From contig NC_045696.1 of the NCBI RefSeq assembly GCF_009834535.1, forward strand, positions 39,868,001-39,932,000: a stretch of DNA of 64,000 bases, given 5' to 3'. Under the pieces are notes generated by a model that saw only the letters and a program-made list of their open reading frames with translations, did no database searches and was not told where the DNA came from. A program made the translations under genes and the position numbers. Below, piece by piece: positions 53,351 through 64,000 of this stretch. Within the stretch, counting starts at the first letter, position 1. Each line of letters begins with the position of its first letter. This DNA is from Camelus ferus. Lineage: Eukaryota.

Positions 53351-54093
53351 GGTGATAAAACTTTGTAATCTCAGAGTTGGAGGGGACTTTGCAGCAGCTC
53401 AGAACCAGACTTTACCTGATTCAGAGTAATTTTTAATGCTTTTAATCCTTTACAACTTGTCCTTATCCCGTCTGACTTCCATACTTGTTTCATTTAAATA
53501 TGGATAATATTTGATCATACTTTGTTCAAATGAATTTCCTGATATTCCTGAAAGAACATTTGAAAAAAGGACTAGGTTTATTTTTCTCTCAAGTCGACGA
53601 CTAAATGCAGAGGGAAGAAGAGAAGGATTCACTCTCCTACTCTGAAGTTATTGACAGCACAGAATGGCATCTGAGTGTGCGAGTAGACATGTTTATATCA
53701 GACAGGGCGTGGGCTGGGCAGAAACCTAAGGTAGTGGAGTCCCACCAGCATCGCCCTCTCCCTCCTGCCCCTCTCCCTCAGCTCCAGGGCTGCCTCTCAT
53801 CTATGCTCTGGGGCAGCAAACACCTGTTAAGTCTGACCTCTCCTTCCCTCTTCTTGTCTTTAAAATGTGCGTGTCCTCTGGGCTCTGCCAAAAATAACAA
53901 GAGTTAATGAAGAAAAGGTCTGTTAGGAATATATTTCTCACCTTGAATAATATTTGCATTTGAAAAGCTGTCTGAATAGCAGTTACTAACATTAATAAGT
54001 CCAGTCAGCTGTGTGTGAAATCCTTTCTCAGGACCCCTCTGGTGAGTCTCACAGGTAGGCCAAGAAGCAGGCTAGCTCTCTACACAAGAGGGG

Positions 54094-54095
<2 letters not shown>

Positions 54096-54136
<41 letters not shown>

Positions 54137-54137
54137 T
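54096..54137. repeat. (TG)~18(CG)2 alternating purine-pyrimidine tract
   Basis: Directly visible; Z-DNA-prone composition. Confidence 0.95.
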
Positions 54138-56184
54138 CTTGGAGGAAAAACAGCTGGAAGTTTGCCTTCTATCTCATTTTTACTATAGCCCATGAATGGA
54201 ATTGCTTTCCAAAGTGATTAAATCTGCCATATCTGGGGAAGATAGCTGGCCAACAGATGTCAGAGAATGACTTTTCTAATCATTGACAATTCTTTTATTG
54301 ATGTAGCCAGCAGCGACCAGGTTGGAGAAACACTGTCTATTCATGATTTAAATGCATGCTGATATCTCATTAGGCCCAGACGTTCATATTCCCAGATACA
54401 ATTTTGACACCAGAGCCCAAATCATTATTCTGGGAGACTGAATGTCTCAAAGTCAGCCCTTAACTATTTCTACTCCGTTGGGAAAATGTCCATCTCCCTT
54501 CTCTCCTACCTCAAATGCTACAGATTACAAAGTGAACAGTTTAAAAACAAACAGAATGAAAACGTATTTGGAGCAGTGGGATTTTAGGCCTTCCTTAGCA
54601 AGACTCAAAAGGTACAAGAATTCCAGTCATATGAAGCCCTCTCCACAGCTGAACTATGGTGGTAATGACAGACAAATAACTTCAGAAGAACTTAATTGGA
54701 AAAGATACAGAGAATAATCCAAGAAATAACAATAAGAATGATTAATGGGATGAAGATTAAATCAGATAAAAAGGGTTATGGAGTTAAAGTTTTTTGGCTC
54801 CAGAAAAACAAAATCCCAGGGCTGATTTGCTAGTTGATTATTAATAATTGGCAGAGTTTGATTTGGAGTTCTTAAATAAATTGTTACAAAGAATTTTTCC
54901 AGCCTCAATGATTTTAGGCAAAGCAAGGGTCATTCAAATAGAGCTATACCTAAGCTCTGCTTCAAGAATATAAAAATCTACTTTAAACAAGATTTTGGTG
55001 CATTGTCTTATACTGAAAACCAGATGCCAGTAAATGGACTTATTTCAGTGATTAAAAGTTAAGCTAGTGATTCTAAGTTAAGATGTCCTAGATCTTAAGG
55101 GAGATCGATTATACACTGAGAGACCAAGAGAGTTTAAAAGGACACATATTCCTAAAATATGTTCAACCAGCACCATAATGTAAAAATAATGTTTTATGTT
55201 CTTTAATACTTTTGATTTATTTCCATGATTTTAACTTCTTAGTGAAAGAGTGTTGATTGAACCATTTGAATAGATCATGAAATAGTGAGTAATTACAACC
55301 TTATAGGCAAATCAATAACATTTATACAATAGGAGTTATGCACTGAAAACTAAAAATGCATAATTTTTAGTAGACTGCTTTTGCCCTAATAAAAATTAAA
55401 CCTTCTTTCAGACTGTAGTGCTTTTTATTCAGATTACCTAATATATTGAATGTCAAATTTGGTAGCTTTTTAGCCACTAAGATGTTAATATCTGAGGGCA
55501 TTTTTGAGCAGTATTAAAGTCCAAATCATTTCATTGTAAATATCTATTTAGGACAATGATCACAATTAGGCAGGCTCTCTGGTAGCCTCAAATGCTAGTT
55601 ATGCATTGCTGCTGGAGATGTGACCTACAAAATGCAAAGTAGTTTCTCAAGTACTCTCACTTTAAATTATGTCCCCAATCAAAATCAGAAGAAAATTGAC
55701 ATGAGAGCCTTTTGATTTTCTTTTGGACTTGCAACAGCAATACATGTTTATTGTTGGATTTTAAAAGTTATAGATAAGCAAGGAAATGGGAAAAAAAAAC
55801 TCAAAATGTGATCACTCAAAGATAAGCGTGGTTAGTATTTCTGTTTGCTTCCTCTTTTCAGAGAAGTGGTGTGTGTGTGTTTACATTTTGTTGTGTAATG
55901 TTTTTTCTCACAAAACTATTACGAACTTTTTTTCATGCTACTAAACAAGTGTTGATTTCAAAATAAGCATGCTTTGAAGACATGATTATGAGAAGAATAC
56001 TTTCAGAGCAAGCCATTTGGATTCAGAATGAATGATGAATATTACAAGGCAACTACTGAAACCTTTCTAGGGAAGTTTCCTTCAGAGTATTTTGGTTACA
56101 TAATCATTTAAGTGACTTCACCCAATGTTAATGAGTTAGTTGTAGGAGACATATAACTCCACAGGTTAAAAGTAGCTTGATTTG

Positions 56185-56790
<606 letters not shown>

Positions 56791-56819
56791 AAAAGTAGCT
56801 TGATTTGCTAGAAATTGTA

Positions 56820-56990
56820 TTAACCTGGAAATCCACAGTCTGGGTTCTAATCAGGGCTCTGCCACACAGACCCAGTGAGTAACACTAGGCAAAGGAATTT
56901 ACCTAGATGTCTTTGTTTATACTGTGAGCCTAACTCTGCCAGACTGTGCTTCTCCAAATCACGAATGAAGTAAGTGTTTGATGTGGATGA
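56820..56990 (+). mobile_element. MIR fragment
   Basis: ctgggttctaatcagggctctgccac...gtaacactaggcaa. Confidence 0.55.
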
Positions 56991-57100
56991 TTCTGCATAA
57001 CTTAGTTAAGAAATCCAGTCAGATTATTGTCATTTTTGTGAGGAAAGCTGTGACAGAATAGGGATTTAAGGATTTTATACCTCACTTAAAAAGCTATTCA

Positions 57101-57664
57101 TAGCAGCCCTATATGCAATAGCCAAGACATGGAAGCAACCTAAATGTCCATCAACAGATGACTGCATAAAGGAGTTGTGGTATATTTATATAATGGAGTA
57201 CTGCTTAGTCCATAAAAAAGAATAAAATAATGCCATTTACAGCAACATGGATGTCTCTGGAGAATGTCATTCTAACTGAAGTAAGCCAGAAAGAGAAAGA
57301 AAAATGCCATATGATATCACTCATACGTGGAATCAAAAAAAGAAAAAAGAGGACACTAATGAACTCACTACAAAAGAGAAACAGACCTGTGGACACAGTA
57401 AATAATTTTATGGTTATCAGGGAAAAGGGGGTGGGAAGGGATAAATTTGGGAGTTTTGTATTTGCAAAGGTTAACCACTATATATAAAAACAAATAAAAA
57501 CCCCAAATCTCTTCTGTATAGCACAGGAACTATATTCAATATCTTATAATAACCTTTAATGGAAAAGAATATGAAAACAACTATATGTATGTATATACAT
57601 GACTGGGACATTATGCTGTACACCAGAAAATGACACATTGCAACTGACTATACTTCAATTTAAA
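57101..57664 (+). mobile_element. Short young L1 3' insertion
   Basis: Peptide MPFTATWMSLENVIL; same 3' UTR type as 34675-35867. TSD aaaaagctattca (57088-57100) / aaaaatctattca (57665-57677). Confidence 0.95.
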
Positions 57665-58382
57665 AAAAATCTATTCAAACAATCTGTTCCTTGAATCTTA
57701 GAAAAAGATGTTCATAACATAGCAGTCACTTAATATATCTATTTTTTTCTGTAATTCAAAATTATACAGAATTGGACCAAATGCCAAAGTCTAAAATGTA
57801 ACTCTTAGGAAAAAAGTAATTGAAGATAAATTATTTTACGGAAAAATTCTATAGTAAAAATATCAGCAATGATAGTTTATACCTATTTCTTTACATGCAG
57901 CTAATCATTTTCCTTCGGCTGTTCAGAAACTAGAATCTCATCTATCTCAATGACAAATCTAGTTCACAGAAGGTTTCATTGCTTTATTAAAAATTTCTCA
58001 AAGATGTAAAACTTACATATGGCTTTGTTAGGTGGGGTAAATGAGAAGTAACCAATGGAGGAAGAGTTTGTTTTGGGATAGTTCCATCTACTGAAGTTAT
58101 GACAATATAAAATTGTGAGAAGAACGCTCAAGATACACAATCAGTGCATTTCCAACAGCAGCATATAGAGCCCCCCAAATATGGAGGGAAACTCTCATCT
58201 CTTTCAGAGAAGATTTATTCAATAACTTAACTTCATTGCTTATAGGAAATTATTCCAAACAAAACTACATCCCTCTTAATTTAGTTTAAACCGATTTTAT
58301 AATGTACTATGCACATTCAAGTTTGAAAACAGCTGGCCACCACTCACTGAATAAAATCCCTTTGTATGTTTAAAGACTGGCA

Positions 58383-59697
58383 CACAGACAGCTACATGTA
58401 AAAATAATTAGAAAATTTTCTCACACCATATGCAAAAATAAGCTTAAAATGGATTAAAGACCTAAATATAAGATCAGAAACCATAAAACTCCTAGACAAG
58501 AACACAGGCAGAAAACTCTTTGACGTAAATCATAGCAGTATTTTTTGGATCTAATTCCTAAAGCAAAAAAAAACCAAAAACAAAAATAAACACATGGGAC
58601 CTAATTAAACTTAAAACTTTGGCACAGCAAAGGAAATCACTGACAAAATGGAAAGACAACCTACTGAATGTGAGAAAATATTTGCAAACGATATGACTGA
58701 TAAGAGGTTAACATTCAAAATATATAAGTAGCTTATACAACTTAATATCAAAAAAGCAAACAACCCAATTAAAAAATGCAAAGAAGACCTGAATAGATTT
58801 TTTTTCCAAAGAAGATATCCAGATGGCCAAGAGGCACATCAAAGGATGCTCACTAGTCATTAGAGAAATGCAAATCAATACCACAATGAGTATCACCTCA
58901 TACCTGTCAGAATGGCTATTATCAGAGACCACAATAACAAATATTGATGAGGATGTAGAGAAAAGGCAATCCTAGTACATTGCTGGTGGGAATGTAAACT
59001 GGTGTAGCCACTATCGAAAACTGTATGGACTTTCCTCAAAACACTAAGAATAGAACCATCACATTATCCAGCAATTCCTCTCCTGGGTATGTATCTGAAG
59101 AAAACAAAAATACTAATTTGAAAAGATACATGCACTCCAATATTCACAGCAGCATTATTTACAGAAGCCAAGCTATGAGAGCAACCCAAGTGCCTATCGA
59201 CAGATAAATGAGTAAAGAAGATGTGGTATATATACCATGGAATATTACTAATCTATAAAAGGAATGAAATTCTTCCATTTGCAACAATGTGAATGGACAT
59301 AGAGGGTATTATGCTTAGGGACATAAGTTAGACAGAGAAGGATAAGTACGCTGTATTATCACTTATATGTAGAGTCCAAAAAATGAAACAAATGAATGAA
59401 TACAACAAAACAGAAACAAACTCACAAGTACAGAGAACAAACTAGTGGATATCACTGGGGAGAGGGAAAGGGAAGAGCAGCAAGATGGTGATAGGGGATT
59501 AAGAGATATAAATGACTATGTATCAAACAAATAAGCATCAAGGATATATTGTACTGCACAGGGAAATACAGCCATTATTTTGTAATAATTTTAAATTAAG
59601 TATAATCTATAAAAACATTGAATCATGATGCTGTACACCTGAAACTAATATAATATTGTACATCAACTATACTTCAATAAAAAAATTAAAATTAAAA
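58383..59697 (+). mobile_element. 5'-truncated L1 (ORF2 C-terminus + 3' UTR + A-rich tail)
   Basis: aaaatggattaaagacctaaat, agagaaatgcaaatcaataccacaatgag. Perfect 11-bp TSD aaagactggca at 58372-58382 and 59698-59708. Confidence 0.96.
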
Positions 59698-61039
59698 AAA
59701 GACTGGCATTAAATGACTGTTGGGTCTTTCTTTTCTTTATCAAGTTATATAGTTTCAGCTTTATTAACCTCTCAGTGTCAGTCTTTGTTTCCAGTCCTTT
59801 AATCATCTTCTGGATCATCTATAAAGCTGTTCAGTGGTCTTTAATGAGTCAGTTTTACTTCAATAAGCCCTCTAACTGCTAAGAAACATGTTAAGATCTG
59901 AGTTTAGTCTTCATAGCATTTTATGTCTCTTGATCTGTATTTCTTTGAAAATTCCAGGTACGAGGCAAAGATTGGGCTTTAAAAGGTGTAACTTTCCTTT
60001 TTTCCCCCCATTTTCTATTTTTTGGTATTATAAAATTAATGACAGCTTTGCCAGTGAGCCAGAGATTCTTTATCTAAGGGCATAATCTAACTAGAAACAG
60101 GGATAAAATCTTAGTTATATTGAATTCAAGAGATTCTAAATAGCCAGATTTTTCACTTAGCTGAGAGTTTCCTCCTTCAAGAAGCTTAACTTTATTAATT
60201 ACCATCTGGATGAAACACTTTAAAAATGTATCATTTCCTTCTTTTTACATATTCTATCCTGAATATATTTTGGCATTTTTGTTTGATAACATAATACAAT
60301 TAAGCACTTACAAAAACAAGCAGCATTGTTAGGATATTTGATGGAAACAAAGATTCAGTGAAATTCAGGTCTTCAGTTAAGATCTTATTATGAGCTTACA
60401 ATCTAGTATGAGAGAGAAATAATGCAGTAGAGTAAAACCCATACACCCAGCTGGGTGACCCACAAATAGAAAGATAATTACAGTTGCAGAGGTTCTCCCA
60501 AAGGCTCCAAGTCCCACATCAGTCTCCCCAGTGTGGGGTGCTACACTGAGAAGGTCCCCAGAACATTTGGCTTTGAAGGACAGTGGGTGCTTGCTTTTAG
60601 GAGAGCCAGAGGCCTGTAGGAAATAGAGACTCAACTCATGAAGGGCACACATAAAATCTAACACACCACAGGACCCAGGGCCGAAGCAGTAATTTGATAA
60701 GAGCCTGGGTCAGATTGACCTCCTGATTTTGGAGAGTCCCCCACAGACACAGAAGGCAGCTAGGGCTGAGCTTGGGGACACAGACACTGGCAGGAGCCAT
60801 TTTGAGGAGCTCATTCTACCATGTGGACACTTCTGGAAGCCTCCTCTATCTTATTAGTGCTGGGACCTGGCCTGGCCCAGCAGCGTATCAGCACCAGTCC
60901 TGGGACACCTCAGGCCAAGCAACTAGCTGGGCAGGGTCACAGCTCCATCCCATCTATCAGCTGCTCTGCTTTCCCCCTGAACTTATAACTGCCCCAGGAT
61001 CTGGCTTTGTCCAAAAGAGGGCCCAGGAACAGACACTTG

Positions 61040-61760
61040 ACACACCAGTGTGCTGGCACTAGTCCTGGGACCTATAGGGCTCTGTAGCTAGAGACCTTGG
61101 GACTTAGCTCTGCCCATCAGTGGGCAAGCACCAGCCCCAGGACAAGCCTCATCCACCAGTGGGTATGCACCAGCTCCAGGACACCTCTTGGTCCAATAAG
61201 CAGGAAGAAACACCAGAGACTCCAGGACCTAGCTCTGCCCACCAGTGGGTAAGCACTAGTCCCAGGACTCAGAATCACCCATCAGTGGGTGGATAGTAGC
61301 TCCAGGACCACTACAGCCCCCCAGCGAGGTAGCCCAGGATCCAGCCTCACACACCAGTAGGCAGACACTAGTTCTGGGACCCACAGGGCCCTGCAGCCAG
61401 AGACCCATGAATGTGGCTCCAACCTCCAGTGAGCTGGCACTAGCCTTGGGATACTCTGGGCCCTGGCCCCACCCACCAGCAGGTAGACACCTTTGAGTTA
61501 CCTTGGACCTCTCAATCTGCCAACCCAGGATCTAGCCCCACTCACTAGTGGACCAATACCAGCTTTGGGACATACTGGACCCCACAGCCAGCTGTGACAG
61601 GAATTAGCCCTGCCCTCCAACACTAGATCTTGGACAATCATTTCTAGAACCTGGCTTCACCCACCAGAGGGCCAGCATTAGCCTTTGGACTTCCCAGGAT
61701 CCCATCATCAGCAGCCTCACGATCAAACCCTACCAACCAGTGGTGAGAAGCCTCCATGCA
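61040..61760 (+). repeat. Degenerate tandem array within the L1 5' UTR (about 40-70 bp units)
   Basis: About ten recurrences of a ccaggac..agctc...cc(c)accagtggg...cac(c/t)agc motif. Confidence 0.8.
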
Positions 61761-63261
61761 AGAAATATCCCAGCAACCAACCAGACTAGGGGCCAGCTAC
61801 ACCTTCTAGACTGCCACAGTAGACAGCCTGCCACAACAGAAGGACCCAAACAGCTCAAACAGGACACACCCCTAGGGCATATAGTTCTGTTATCAGAAGG
61901 GAATGAGCTTCCAGGGCACATAGGACATCTCCTATAAAAGGCTATTTCTCCAAGGTTGGGGAACATAATCAATCTACAAAATAAATAGAAATAAAAATAG
62001 AAAATTAGGCAAAATGAGGTGACAGAGGAATATATCCCAAATGAAGAAATCAGTGAAGTAGAGACAGGCAACCTACCTAATAAAGACTTCAAGGTAATGA
62101 CTGTAAAGATGCTCAAATAACTCAGGAGAAGAAGGCATAAACAGAGTGAGAAATGTAATAAAGAGTTAAAAAATATAAAGAATAGCCAAACAGAGATAAA
62201 GAATACAATGACTGAAATGAAAAATACACTAGAAGGAATATAGAGTAGATTAAATGATAAAGAGGAATGATCAATGTACTGAAAGACAGAGTAGTGGAAG
62301 TCACTGAAGCTGAACAGAAAAAAGAATAAAAAGAAATGAGGACAGTTTAAGAGACCTGTGTGACAATGTCAAGCATACTAACATTTGCAATATTGGAGTC
62401 CTAGAAGGAAAAGAGAGAAAGGGATAGAGCACACATTTGAAGACATAATAGTTAAAAATGCCCCTAACCTGGAAAAGGAAATAGACATCCAAGTCCAGGA
62501 AGCACAGATAGTTCCAAATAAGATTAATGCAAAGTGGACCACAACAAGACACATTATAATTAAAATGGTAAAAATTAAAGACAAAGAGAGAATATTAAAG
62601 GCAGAAAGGGAAAAGCAACAAGTTACATACAAAGGGCCTCCCATAAGGTTATCAGCTGACTTTTCGGCAGAATCTCTGCAGGCCAAAAGTGGGTGGTATG
62701 ATATATTTAAAGTATGCAAGGGAAAATCTACAACCAAGAATACTCTACTCAGCAAGGCTTTCATTCATATTTGCTGGAGAGATCAAAAGTTTTACAGACA
62801 AGCAAAAGCCAAAAGAGTTCAGGACCACCAAACCAGCTTAACGGTAAATGTTAAAAGGACTTCTCTAAGTAAAACATAAAAGGCCATAACTAGAAACATG
62901 AAAATTACAATAGGAAAAAGGTCACTAGTAAAGGCAAATACACAGTAAAGGTAGCAAATCAGTTATGCATAAAACTAGTAGAAAGGTTAAAAGACAGAAG
63001 TACTAAAATCATCTATATCTGTAATAAATTATTAAGGAATACACAAAACAAAATGATGTAAAATATAATGTCAAACAGTAAATGTGGTTGGGTGAGTAAA
63101 ATTCATGTTAAAAATATTTGAACTTAAGAGATCAGCAGCTTAAAATAATCATATATATCTATATCTGTATATCTAGATATATAGAAATAGGTATAGACAT
63201 ATAGATTGGTAGTGACAAACCAAAAATCTGTAATAGGTACACCTACACAATTGACAAAGGA

Positions 63262-63451
63262 GAGGGGAGGGTATCACTCAGTGGTAGAGTGTATGCTTAA
63301 AATGCAGGAGGTCCTGGGTTCAATCCCCAGTACCTCCATTTAAAAAATAAATAAATAAATAAATAAAACCAATTATCTCCTCTCCCTGAAAAAAAGCTCC
63401 AAAAAGTTAAAAAAAAAAAAAAAAAAAGAGAGAGAGGAAAAGAAAAAAAAA
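63262..63451 (+). mobile_element. tRNA-derived SINE (camelid vic-1-like) nested in the L1 inter-ORF region
   Basis: ggggagggtatcactcagtggtagag...ggttcaatcccc, (TAAA)n, A-tails. TSD gacaaagga at 63253-63261 and 63452-63460. Confidence 0.92.
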
Positions 63452-64000
63452 GACAAAGGAATCCAAACATAACACTAAACATAGTCATAAAATCTTAAGA
63501 GAAGAGAAAAAAAAGAAAGGAACAAAAAAGAACTACAAAGACAACCTCTAAACAATTAACAAAATGGAAATAAATACACACCTATCAATAATTACTTTAG
63601 ATGTAAATGGACTAAATGCTTCAATCAAAAGACAGAGTGGCTGAATGGATACAAACACAAGACCCATATATACACTGCCTACAAAAGACTTCAGATCTAA
63701 TGACACACAATATTTATATTCCATATAAATGGAAAGAAAAGAAAGCCAGCATAGCAATATTTATACTGACAAAATAGACTTTAAAACAAAGACTGCAACA
63801 AGAGGCAAAGAAGGATATTACATAATGATAAATTACGTAATCAGGTCAAGGAAAAGATATAATAATTATAAATATATATGCATCCAACACACAAGCACCT
63901 AAATTCATAAAGCAAATATTAACAAACATAAAGGGAGAAACTGACAGTTAAACATAATAATAGTAGGGCACTTTAATATCCCATTTATATCAATGGACAG

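Larger units (their letters stand above)
60420..64000 (+). mobile_element. 5' portion of a long L1: GC-rich 5' UTR, disrupted ORF1 (about 62014-62868), inter-ORF region, start of ORF2 (from 63564)
   Basis: ORF1 peptide TTRHIIIKMVKIKDKERILKAEREKQQVTYKGPPIRLSADFSAE. ORF1 begins ATG AGG TGA (premature stop). ORF2 begins MEINTHLSIITLDVNGLNA. Continues off the right edge. Confidence 0.96.

Noticed and set aside
61040..61760. CRISPR-like array
   Set aside because: The units are degenerate and irregular, lie inside an L1 5' UTR in mammalian DNA, and have no cas genes nearby.

Overview
AT-rich, repeat-dense mammalian non-coding DNA (intergenic or deep intronic). No intact protein-coding gene is recognisable. 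Two tRNA-derived SINEs with a GGGAGGGTAT...CTCAGTGGTAGAG head, plus a shared young L1 3' UTR, suggest a camelid genome (inference from recalled families). Most of the window is layered transposon debris: many L1 copies (several with readable target-site duplications, TSDs), ERV1/ERVL/MaLR solo LTRs, L2, MIR, hAT-Charlie (MER5-type) elements and microsatellites. Most recognisable ORFs in the supplied track are L1 remnants or their antisense shadows, and the rest look like chance. The standout is a TSD-flanked retrocopy at 56185-56790. It starts at the 5' end of the box C/D snoRNA U36 (SNORD36B-type), keeps the rest of that RPL7A intron, then continues through fully spliced downstream RPL7A exons to a poly(A) tail. 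It is therefore a fossil of a snoRNA-headed, polyadenylated RPL7A RNA. Its snoRNA carries both an 18S and a 28S guide. A SINE at 9.5 kb appears to carry a 3'-transduced unique segment. Repeat family names come from memory of consensus sequences, and boundaries without TSDs are approximate.
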